Part shown: in pieces, positions 38,009-45,822 of the stretch
Layout: every line of letters begins with the position of its first letter
Position numbering within the stretch: position 1 is the stretch's first letter
Source: a virus
Virus record (IMG/VR): IMGVR_UViG_3300045988_149625
Reading direction: 5' to 3' (one strand)
Length of the DNA stretch: 64,000 nucleotides
Notes under the pieces: generated by a model
Databases searched by the model: none
What the model saw: the letters and a program-made list of their open reading frames with translations, nothing else
Told to the model about the DNA's origin: nothing
Made by a program: the position numbers and the translations under genes

Positions 38009-38480
38009 AAATAAGAAGATGAGTGAAGCCCATGAGAGATTCATTGCAGAATCTCTCAACGGCAAAACCACGATTGCTAGTGGAGCACTTTGGATGGCAA
38101 AATCAGATGTAGTTACTTCCCTTTATCAGATAGAGTGCAAAGCTACTCGGAAAAATTACTATATCTTAAAATCAAAAATTGTAGAGAAGATTAGAGGGGA
38201 GGCATTGAAAAGTGGTAGGATTCCTTTACTCGCTATTCGGTGTTCTCTTGGTGACTTTATACTTTTTAGGGTTTATGATTTCTTTACAGAAATTACGGAA
38301 ACATCTTTAAAGTGTAGTAGCTCTTTAAAGATTACACAGGATATTTTTGAAGGTTTGTTTGAAGGTTTTAGAGAGATTGATGTAAATGGCAATGTTTGGG
38401 GTTTAATAAGATTAACGGATTTTCAATTTTATATAGACGGAGGTACGGATGAAGATAAAAGGAAGCTTAAAAAATATTAA
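37996..38480 (+). CDS. PD-(D/E)XK-family nuclease (possible Holliday-junction resolvase)
   Basis: ...SDVVTSLYQIECKAT... fits D-x(n)-E-x-K. The start is chosen downstream of the overlap with the zinc-ribbon ORF. Confidence 0.35.
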
Positions 38481-39330
38481 TAAAATTTCCAATGATACAG
38501 CGGATAAGTTACTTATTCCTGCTATTGAAGAAACTTTGCGTAATTTAAAAGCAGGTGTTGATAGAGGACATGGTTGGAACAGTCCTAGTAGCGTTGGTTA
38601 TTGTAGTAGAAGTGTTTACTTTGGACGTATAGGTTTACCGCCAGACTTTCCTAGTAACGAACCACGTTTACAGCGAATCTTTGACAATGGTACTTATACA
38701 CATATTCGCTTACAGAATTATCTTCTGCAAAGTGGTGTTCTTTTAGCAGATGAAGCCCCTTTATATGATAAAGCTTATCAAATTATGGGAACAACAGATG
38801 GTTTGCTTTTAGATAAAGATAGGTCTATTGCAGTGCTTGAAATTAAAAGCATTAATTCTATGGGATTTGCGGGGCTTAAAGATGCAAAACCAGAACATAA
38901 GATGCAGGCAAGTATCTACATGTATTGTTTAAATACTATGCGTAATTTAATCTTATTAGGAAAGCGCAAAGAGTTAGAACAAGAGTATCTATATAAACTA
39001 GATTCTTTTTTGGAAGATACTACCTCTTTAGACGGAAAAGTGCATTTCAAAAAGGATAAGGTAAACAGCAGGTTTAAAGATTTTAAGAACACCCTTGACT
39101 TTTTAGAACAATACCCAAAACCTATAAAAAAAGTTATATTTCTTTATGAGAATAAGGATACACAAGAGTTGAAAGAGTTTGCTTATACAGATAAGGCAGC
39201 CACTACTAAAGCTCTTAAAAAGTTCTCGGCTATAAACGACGCTGTTAGGGGGCGAAAAGTTCCAGCAGCAGAAAAGACATTTATGTGTAATGGCTGCCAT
39301 TATAGAAAGGTGTGTGCTAATTATGATTGA
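38449..39330 (+). CDS. Cas4/RecB-like PD-(D/E)XK exonuclease with 4-Cys Fe-S signature
   Basis: DGLLLDKDRSIAVLEIKS (D...ExK) and QASIYMY (QhxxY). Cysteines at GYCSRS (N-terminal) and CNGCHYRKVC (C-terminal). Confidence 0.55.
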   Translation: MKIKGSLKNINKISNDTADKLLIPAIEETLRNLKAGVDRGHGWNSPSSVGYCSRSVYFGRIGLPPDFPSNEPRLQRIFDNGTYTHIRLQNYLLQSGVLLADEAPLYDKAYQIMGTTDGLLLDKDRSIAVLEIKSINSMGFAGLKDAKPEHKMQASIYMYCLNTMRNLILLGKRKELEQEYLYKLDSFLEDTTSLDGKVHFKKDKVNSRFKDFKNTLDFLEQYPKPIKKVIFLYENKDTQELKEFAYTDKAATTKALKKFSAINDAVRGRKVPAAEKTFMCNGCHYRKVCANYD

Positions 39331-39544
39331 AAAGTTACTAGATGTTTTTGCAGTTCTTATTATTTTTCTGACCTTGGTATTAGGTGCATTAGTCTTTATT
39401 TTAAGTTTGATGTATATTGGGGCTTGGGGAGCTTCTTTCTTCACAGGAGTAGCTAATATTGTTTTTTGGGTATTATGGACATTTGTTACAGTAGGTGCTT
39501 TAAATGGTATTTCCACAGTTATCAGTAAAAGAGTTTCTAATTAG
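39290..39544 (+). CDS. small membrane protein (two transmembrane segments)
   Basis: 84 aa, mostly hydrophobic. Confidence 0.3.
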   Translation: MAAIIERCVLIMIEKLLDVFAVLIIFLTLVLGALVFILSLMYIGAWGASFFTGVANIVFWVLWTFVTVGALNGISTVISKRVSN

Positions 39545-40022
39545 TCTGTTGGTTTTAGCCCTATTTGGGGGATGTGTATATTTCTACACACACCCCAAAA
39601 TAAAAGAGGTTGAAAAGGTTAGAGAGAAGCCAGTAATACATGAGGTTGTACAAAAAGAAACGATTAATACAATCACTGCAAAAGAGAAAGTCAGCCCTAA
39701 AGACGCAGACTTGGTTGTAAATACTAAAGATACAGTAAAGGTCAGTATTAATGGTAAAGAGGCAGAAATTAAGCCAAAAACAAGTTCTAAATATGAGTAT
39801 GGTAAAGATTATTTAGAATTTAATCAGAAGAGTATTTATACTTTAGATGTAAAGACTAAAGCTCTTGAACCTGCGTGGGGGGTAGGTATGGGATACACAA
39901 GTAATAACAAACCTGCGGGATTTTTTCAAGTACGTGTAAAGAAAACACCTGCTCATGTATGGGTAATGTCAGACGGAAAGACACATGCCGCAGGTGTAAT
40001 GTTCAGCACGAATTATCATTAA
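39504..40022 (+). CDS. hypothetical protein with N-terminal transmembrane/signal anchor
   Basis: 172-aa ORF. Confidence 0.3.
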   Translation: MVFPQLSVKEFLISLLVLALFGGCVYFYTHPKIKEVEKVREKPVIHEVVQKETINTITAKEKVSPKDADLVVNTKDTVKVSINGKEAEIKPKTSSKYEYGKDYLEFNQKSIYTLDVKTKALEPAWGVGMGYTSNNKPAGFFQVRVKKTPAHVWVMSDGKTHAAGVMFSTNYH

Positions 40023-40037
40023 GGAGGATACTCAAAT

Positions 40038-40517
40038 ATGGAAACAAATTTAGATAGAATTAAAGAATTTTTAAAAGAAACAGGGGTAAACACTTTTGAC
40101 AATCAGAATGTAGATGCAGAGTATTTAAAACTTCCTAAAGATTTAACAGAATTGCCTACTAATGAGATTAGCAAATACTTAAATGCAATTACGCAGCAGA
40201 GAATGTATGTACGTACCTTAGCAAGTCAGGCTAGAGCAATTTATAGGGAAGCAAAGTCCGCATATGATAGAGAAAAATGTAGAGTTTTCTCGCTTGCTCC
40301 AGCAAAGATGAGTGTTACAGAAAAAGAACTGCGTGTTTATCAAGATGAGCAGGCAAGTGAGATTCGTGCAACTATGGAGTATTCCTTAGAACGCTTTGAC
40401 TTTTTAAAAGACATTATGGATAGCTTGGACGATGGCACTTTCCTTGTAAGTAGGGAACTTACACGTCGTTTAAAAGATTTTGACGATAATAGTAGAAATG
40501 GGCGATTTAATGCGTAA
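40038..40517 (+). CDS. hypothetical protein
   Basis: 159 aa. RBS aaggaggatactcaaatATG. Confidence 0.3.
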   Translation: METNLDRIKEFLKETGVNTFDNQNVDAEYLKLPKDLTELPTNEISKYLNAITQQRMYVRTLASQARAIYREAKSAYDREKCRVFSLAPAKMSVTEKELRVYQDEQASEIRATMEYSLERFDFLKDIMDSLDDGTFLVSRELTRRLKDFDDNSRNGRFNA

Positions 40518-41031
40518 CAGTGATTTATTAAGAGATAAAATTGCTTTCCTTGAAGAACACGCTCCGCAGAGTGAAGAAATTGCGCTTTTAAAAAAGAAAT
40601 TAGGATATAGTAAGAGGGGAAGAAGTTCCAAAACAAAAGGTGCTACTTATGAACGTAAGATAGTAAAGTTTTTAAAGGAACAATTCCCTGCCCTAACTTT
40701 TGGGCGCACACCTTCAAGCGGCGGGTATAAAAAAGAATTAGAAAGCAATACATTGCGTGGTGACGTTGTGTGTTTAGATGATAATGTAGATTTTGCACTT
40801 CATTTAGAGCTTAAAAATAGGAAAGCGGGTTGGAAAGTAGTGCAAGATTGGTTTAAGCAGGCAGAGGATGATTGTATTAAAGGTAAATACCCTTGCTTAG
40901 TTATGCACCAATCACAAGAAAAGGGAAAATATAGGTCAGAGGACTTTATTATGTTGAAACTGAAAGACTTTTTTAATCTTGTGGATAAAAAACTTTTAGT
41001 AAGGGGTATTGACAAAACAAGAATTTTGTGA
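40498..41031 (+). CDS. VRR-NUC domain nuclease
   Basis: KGATYERKIVKFL...GRTPSSGGYKK...GDVVCLDD...LELKNR matches the VRR-NUC pattern (PD-(D/E)XK). Start chosen at ATG 40498. Confidence 0.5.
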   Translation: MGDLMRNSDLLRDKIAFLEEHAPQSEEIALLKKKLGYSKRGRSSKTKGATYERKIVKFLKEQFPALTFGRTPSSGGYKKELESNTLRGDVVCLDDNVDFALHLELKNRKAGWKVVQDWFKQAEDDCIKGKYPCLVMHQSQEKGKYRSEDFIMLKLKDFFNLVDKKLLVRGIDKTRIL

Positions 41032-41038
41032 TATAATA
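41009..41038 (+). promoter_or_regulatory. sigma-70-like promoter upstream of spoVS-like gene
   Basis: ttgaca at 41009-41014 and tgtgatataat ending at 41038. Confidence 0.45.
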
Positions 41039-41129
41039 ATAAAGTAGAACTATAATTGAATAATTACGGCTATAATCTTAGAAAAATCATTGTATAAACG
41101 TGTAGAAATTATGGGAAGGAATTTTAGTT

Positions 41130-41411
41130 ATGAAGGAAGTAATTTTCAGAGTAAGCAGCATTAGCAATGTTAAAAAGCTTGCAGGAAGTATTGCACACAC
41201 TGTAAAAGGTGACGGAGAAACCGTAGCAGCAAATGTTGTGCTGAATTGCTGTGGTGCATCAGCAGTGAGTCAAGCAGTTAAAGCAGTTGCAGTTGCTCGT
41301 GGATTTCTAGCCTCTAATGGTAGGGATTTGGTTGTAAGACCTGGGTTCGATACCGCTTTTATAGAGGGTGAAGAAAGAACAGTTATCAAACTTTTTATAA
41401 GTTTGAATTGA
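41130..41411 (+). CDS. spoVS: SpoVS (stage V sporulation protein S) homologue
   Basis: ...SQAVKAVAVARGFLASNGRDLVVRPGFDTAFIEGEERTVIKL... versus B. subtilis SpoVS ...NQAVKAVAIARGFVAPSGVDLICIPAFTDIQIDGEERTAIKL.... Confidence 0.75.
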   Translation: MKEVIFRVSSISNVKKLAGSIAHTVKGDGETVAANVVLNCCGASAVSQAVKAVAVARGFLASNGRDLVVRPGFDTAFIEGEERTVIKLFISLN

Positions 41412-41414
41412 TTA

Positions 41415-41441
41415 TAGCCCCTATATAGGGGCTATTTTTAT
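41415..41441 (+). terminator. rho-independent terminator after spoVS-like gene
   Basis: tagcccct-atat-aggggcta then tttta. Confidence 0.55.
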
Positions 41442-41454
41442 TAGGAGGAGTCAG

Positions 41455-41853
41455 ATGTACAATAATTTTTTTACTACTGTACGTGGTGGTTCAAGGTATG
41501 TAATTTTAATAGGAAATCTTGCTATTAAATTCCCATACCTACGTTTTCCATATCACGGACGTAAGCAAAACTTGAAGGAGTGGGAATACAGGAATAAAAG
41601 CAAGTATTTAGCTAAATTATATATTTCATTCCCTTTTGGTTGGTGCAATGTAATGGAGAGGGTGCAGCCCTTAGCTAAGTCTTTAAGCAGTGTGGATTGC
41701 ACCAATTTGATAAGAGCTTATTTTAAGAATAAAGTTACAGGTGATGAGCTTGCTTTTTTATTGGAGGATAGCACCTTGGAAAACTTTGGTACTAAAAACG
41801 GTAGGATAGTTAAGCTTGACTGGGGAGGTTTTGGGCGAAGTGAAAGTATGTGA
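41455..41853 (+). CDS. hypothetical protein
   Basis: 132 aa. RBS ggaggagtcagATG. Confidence 0.3.
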   Translation: MYNNFFTTVRGGSRYVILIGNLAIKFPYLRFPYHGRKQNLKEWEYRNKSKYLAKLYISFPFGWCNVMERVQPLAKSLSSVDCTNLIRAYFKNKVTGDELAFLLEDSTLENFGTKNGRIVKLDWGGFGRSESM

Positions 41854-42400
41854 AATTTATTCGGCTTTACAGGGGGAGGGCAGGTATACAGGATATGCAA
41901 CGACTTTTATACAAGAGCCTATTGATTTAGCCAAAGGCACAGATTGGTCAATAGATAGGATTCTCTCAAAAGTAAATAAATTAGGGAACAGGCATGTTTG
42001 TATAAAAGGTGAAACGCTTTTGCAGGAAGATAGTTATACACTTGTATATGAGTTGTTAGCCTACTCATATATTGTAACTATGGAAACGTCTTGTAGAATC
42101 CCTTTAGAAGATTGTTTATATGACAGAACTTATGCTTACAATGTAATTATAAACTGTGCTAATGAAAATATCTTAAATAATTTAAGATTATTGCACAGTA
42201 ATGATGAAGTTAAATTCGTAATAAAAGATGATTCTGATTTTGATTATGTAAAGAAAGCTTTAAAGAAATACCCAACGTCTGCTATGGTTACACTTTATCC
42301 TTTTAAAAATGATTTAAATATCTTTAAAAAAATAGAAGATTTCTTAATGAAAAACCGTTTAAATGCAAGAGCAGGTTTAAAGTTACATAAATTGATTTAG
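41816..42400 (+). CDS. QueE-like (7-carboxy-7-deazaguanine synthase family) protein lacking the radical-SAM cysteine triad
   Basis: N-terminal EIYSALQGEGRYTGYATTFIQ (QueE EIFxSIQGEG...FIR) and RHVCIKGETLLQ (QueE HVVxTGGEPLLQ). No CxxxCxxC between them. TTG start. Confidence 0.4.
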   Translation: MTGEVLGEVKVCEIYSALQGEGRYTGYATTFIQEPIDLAKGTDWSIDRILSKVNKLGNRHVCIKGETLLQEDSYTLVYELLAYSYIVTMETSCRIPLEDCLYDRTYAYNVIINCANENILNNLRLLHSNDEVKFVIKDDSDFDYVKKALKKYPTSAMVTLYPFKNDLNIFKKIEDFLMKNRLNARAGLKLHKLI

Positions 42401-42407
42401 AAAAGTG

Positions 42408-42436
42408 TTGACAATACCTTTAAGGTGTGCTATAAT
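42408..42436 (+). promoter_or_regulatory. sigma-70-like promoter
   Basis: ttgaca at 42408-42413 and tgctataat ending at 42436. Confidence 0.45.
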
Positions 42437-42457
42437 ATACACATAAGGAGGTAGGTT

Positions 42458-42856
42458 ATGGAATACACTAAAGAAAACGTAGTAAAAATTGTAGAAGATT
42501 TTAAAGACCTAATTTTAGCCATTGAAATGGAACGCAGAATCCGTTATGATGCTGTACATGAGAATGATTGCGCTTTAGGGGATATTCGACATTTTTGTGA
42601 GCTGGAATATCCTACGGAGCGCAGTATGCGCACTAAAATTTGTCAATTAATGCGTGATATCAGCAAGAAAAGGCGTGAGGACAAAGACTTCTTAGATGTC
42701 ACACAGCCTTTGGCAGAATTTCTTTCTGGCTCACCTAATTTAAAGGTAAATTTAGGCAAAACAACTAATAACATGAAAAAAGCGTTGGTTAAAACACAGG
42801 GGGAACGTGTTTACGTTCCCAGAGTGCTTAATGATTTATTTAAAAAGGAGATTTAA
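42458..42856 (+). CDS. hypothetical protein
   Basis: 132 aa. RBS aaggaggtaggttATG. Confidence 0.3.
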   Translation: MEYTKENVVKIVEDFKDLILAIEMERRIRYDAVHENDCALGDIRHFCELEYPTERSMRTKICQLMRDISKKRREDKDFLDVTQPLAEFLSGSPNLKVNLGKTTNNMKKALVKTQGERVYVPRVLNDLFKKEI

Positions 42857-42980
42857 AAATGCAAAAAAGATTACACACTAAAAATTGGAACACTAAACCT
42901 AAAAATAGAGAATTACCCGCTATTTTTCAAGCTTTTAATCTAAGACAGTTTCAGAAAGCATTTATCGGAGGTTCTAAAAA

Positions 42981-43328
42981 TTGTTAATTACCAATATTAA
43001 AATTTATGGACTAGAAGAATCCATTTATGCAAGTGGGTATCCAATGCTTTCAAAACCACCTACTAAAGAAGAGTTTGAGAGTGGGGTATCTGATGTAACA
43101 ACGAATATTTTTATGCGTGAAACTGTAGGAGCAAAAGCAGCAGGTGCACATATTAAAAGGGCTTTAAAGCTTGGCAGTGCAGCCGCAGGAACTGGGCACA
43201 ATAACTTTTTAAAGGGAATTATTGTGCAAATGGATGTTAATGCACCGCAGTATTGGTGGCAACAGGCACAGCGTTATCACTGGTTCGATTTCGTTAGCTC
43301 GAAGGGCGTTTTAGTAGGTAACTATTAA
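42981..43328 (+). CDS. ThyX-like (flavin-dependent thymidylate synthase fold) protein, exon 1; divergent (RHR motif replaced)
   Basis: ...GHNNFLKGIIVQMDVNAPQYWWQQAQRYHWFDFVSS... versus ThyX ...[35 protein letters not shown].... Frame closes just before an intron-like structured region. Confidence 0.35.
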   Translation: MLITNIKIYGLEESIYASGYPMLSKPPTKEEFESGVSDVTTNIFMRETVGAKAAGAHIKRALKLGSAAAGTGHNNFLKGIIVQMDVNAPQYWWQQAQRYHWFDFVSSKGVLVGNY

Positions 43329-43329
43329 A

Positions 43330-43685
43330 ATTATGAATTGGTGAACCTAGAAATCTAGGGTGTGCGACTTATGTCGTGCTAACGGTAAGAGTTAAATAAG
43401 ACTGGGAATATGACAATTATTCTCTTTAGCCATAGGCGAATACGCTCTCTAAGAGAAGCTAAGGACTTTCGTAAGTTAGCTTGCTAATACCGTGCTAAGT
43501 TTTTCTATTCTCATGTAATTTGAGAATAGATTAAAAAGTGTAACGACTAACCGAAGTATTAACATACTTCAAGAGGTTTAAGGTGAAATTCCTTATTCCG
43601 TAGCGCCAATTACCCTATAAGGGTAAAGAGATAGTCTAATCCCACTATTAAATTAGTGTTAAAGTACGCCGAAAGGCGGGGTAGA
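43330..43685 (+). mobile_element. ORF-less group I intron (IA-like); boundaries approximate
   Basis: R element gtgtaacgactaacc (P7 5'). P7.1 hairpin gaagtat-taac-atacttc. P8 hairpin taccct-ata-agggta. J8/7 plus P7 3' aagagatagtct (S element). P9-like cgcc-gaaa-ggcg (GNRA loop). About 330 bp without an ORF between two halves of one reading frame. Confidence 0.5.
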
Positions 43686-44000
43686 AATGCAATGAGTAAG
43701 GTACATTGCCTTACAAAAATGGATATTGACAGTATGTGTGACAGCACTGTAACGGAAACAGCGAAGCTCAATTTAGTTGGGGCAATTCAAGATTACACTG
43801 AGGGCAAGATTGACTTTGACACTATGATGTGTAATGTTCCTATGGGATTGCATTTAACTGCAAGAATGACAACAAATTATTTGCAGCTTAAAACGATGTA
43901 TGCACAAAGACAGCATCACAAATCTAAAGAGTGGCAGGAGTTCTGTAAGTGGGTAACATATTTACCTATGAGCTATTTAATTACAGGAGGTACTATGTAA
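43686..44000 (+). CDS. ThyX-like protein, exon 2 (putative)
   Basis: Frame open from 43635. Continues NAMSKVHCLTKMD...; exons 1 and 2 together give about 218 aa, a small-ThyX length. Confidence 0.3.
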   Translation, partial: NAMSKVHCLTKMDIDSMCDSTVTETAKLNLVGAIQDYTEGKIDFDTMMCNVPMGLHLTARMTTNYLQLKTMYAQRQHHKSKEWQEFCKWVTYLPMSYLITGGTM

Positions 44001-44317
44001 TGAGTAATTCTAAGGAGTTTATACAATTTCAAAAGGATTACATCTTGTTTCCTTGGGGAGAGCAAGAAGTTATTGGGTATTTTAAATGCCCCGTTTGTGG
44101 TAAGCCAATTTATGTTTTAGAGTTTTTTGGCGGTGAGGAAGAGCACTATTACTATCTTTATCATTTTAATTCTTGGGATGATAAGAAATTATGTCCTATT
44201 GCGCAGGATGACTGTTCCACACCTTTCACTATCCTAGGTGGTATTACCTACGATAATTTTGAAGAAATTGTAGATACATGGGCGTATGGTATCCGTACAG
44301 TGGAGTGTACAGAATGA
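44000..44317 (+). CDS. Cys-rich small protein (zinc-finger-like)
   Basis: RBS aggagg then an ATG at 44000 overlapping the upstream stop (TAATG). CPVCGKP...C. Confidence 0.35.
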   Translation: MSNSKEFIQFQKDYILFPWGEQEVIGYFKCPVCGKPIYVLEFFGGEEEHYYYLYHFNSWDDKKLCPIAQDDCSTPFTILGGITYDNFEEIVDTWAYGIRTVECTE

Positions 44318-44727
44318 TTTATGCAATAGATTTTGATGGTACGCTAGTTAAAAATCAATATCCCTATATAGGGGAAGAGCAAAAGATTTCTACACACATG
44401 CTTGACAAGACAAAAATTGAGAAGTTTATTCCTGCCACAGACTTTTGCAAGGAATTGCAACGTGAGGGACATAAACTTATTTTGTGGACTTGCAGAGAGG
44501 GTGAGCTTTTACAAGAGGCATTACGCTGGTGCCTTTATAGAGGGTTAATCTTTGATGCAGTAAATGATGATTTGCCACAAGTAAAGCAATGTTTTCCAGA
44601 TGAACTTAAATCGTGGGAAGGTTCAGAACGTGCAAGAAAAATCCATGCAGATGTGTATATTGATGATAAAGCAGTTGTACCGATTTGTGAGGATAAAGAT
44701 AAAAATGTACGTTATCGCGAGTTTTGA
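44314..44727 (+). CDS. HAD-superfamily phosphatase/hydrolase
   Basis: MIYAIDFDGTLVK is the HAD motif I (DxDGT). RBS ggagtg. Confidence 0.5.
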   Translation: MIYAIDFDGTLVKNQYPYIGEEQKISTHMLDKTKIEKFIPATDFCKELQREGHKLILWTCREGELLQEALRWCLYRGLIFDAVNDDLPQVKQCFPDELKSWEGSERARKIHADVYIDDKAVVPICEDKDKNVRYREF

Positions 44728-45016
44728 AAATTTTAAAGGAACAAGTTATCATGTGCTAGATGTTTTATCTTTTCATTTTAATGGTTCTAAAGGAACTTGC
44801 GTTATCGTGGGGGGTATTCCCCCCATTTTAGAACCATTTTTAAAGGATTGGGCAGATAAGAATGATATACATTTAGTACAGTGTACTAAAGACGATTTTA
44901 AAGACTTAGATATGCTTTTTGGAGATATTTCAGTCATTATCTTTGGCATGAACACATTTCTTCTAAAGAAAAGTTTAGAATTAAGTCTTAGATATTATAT
45001 TATAAAAGAGGAATAA
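44705..45016 (+). CDS. hypothetical protein
   Basis: 103 aa from the ATG at 44705. Confidence 0.3.
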   Translation: MYVIASFENFKGTSYHVLDVLSFHFNGSKGTCVIVGGIPPILEPFLKDWADKNDIHLVQCTKDDFKDLDMLFGDISVIIFGMNTFLLKKSLELSLRYYIIKEE

Positions 45017-45017
45017 A

Positions 45018-45614
45018 ATGACTAATATTATATGTATGAGTGGCGGTTATGACAGTACCGTACTTTATGATTATCTGAAAAAAGATGAACATTTAGATTT
45101 AAAGGTTTACCATGCGCTTTATACTAAAGTTGAAGGTGGCACATATAATTTAAATGAGTTTAAACGTCTTTCACAAAAGTTTAATAATGAAATAGATTAT
45201 TTAGCGCACTTTAACTTACATTTATTAGGTGAGGATTACATTCCGAACAGAAACACTCTATTTGTAATGGATATCATTGCAAAGCTTTATGTTGGAGAGC
45301 CTTTAAATATTTACCTGGGAATTATTAAGAATTTTCCTAGATACCCAGACTGTACACATGAATGGTTGGAGGCTCTTAATTCATTTTTAAGCATTGAATT
45401 TCCAAATGTTAAAGTTTTAGCACCCTTTATAGACCTTACAAAAGACGATGTTTTCAAGATTGGATGCAAGCTTGGCGTAAAATTAGAGGATACTTTTTCA
45501 TGTAACTTTTCTGATAATGGTGAGCCTTGCGGTGTTTGTGAGAATTGTAAATGGCGCGCAGCGCATATGTACCCTAGTTATTTTTTGAAGGAGGGGAATG
45601 AAATTGGCAAATAA
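45018..45614 (+). CDS. queC: QueC-like 7-cyano-7-deazaguanine synthase
   Basis: PP-loop ICMSGGYDST and a C-terminal Zn-binding Cys cluster (CNFSDNGEPCGVCENCKW). Confidence 0.6.
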   Translation: MTNIICMSGGYDSTVLYDYLKKDEHLDLKVYHALYTKVEGGTYNLNEFKRLSQKFNNEIDYLAHFNLHLLGEDYIPNRNTLFVMDIIAKLYVGEPLNIYLGIIKNFPRYPDCTHEWLEALNSFLSIEFPNVKVLAPFIDLTKDDVFKIGCKLGVKLEDTFSCNFSDNGEPCGVCENCKWRAAHMYPSYFLKEGNEIGK

Positions 45615-45822
45615 ATCTAATTCGGAGAAGAAAAATTCTGTTCCGCAGATTAAAATTGCAGCAAGAAGTGTTGAAAAGACTAAAGGTGGATTTTTAAGTA
45701 TTAAGCAGGGAAGAACAGGCGACACAAATAACTTACAGACTAATCCATATTATAGATTTATGAATAGAACTTCTTGGAAAACTAAGAATAAAAAAGGCAT
45801 TACACCTTGGGGGCGTATTTAA
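45598..45822 (+). CDS. hypothetical small basic protein
   Basis: 74-aa ORF. Confidence 0.25.
   Translation: MKLANKSNSEKKNSVPQIKIAARSVEKTKGGFLSIKQGRTGDTNNLQTNPYYRFMNRTSWKTKNKKGITPWGRI

Noticed and set aside
41330-41350. tRNA T-arm-like string gggttcgatacc
   Set aside because: It lies inside the SpoVS coding sequence (..RPGFDTAF..). No acceptor or anticodon arms can be formed around it.
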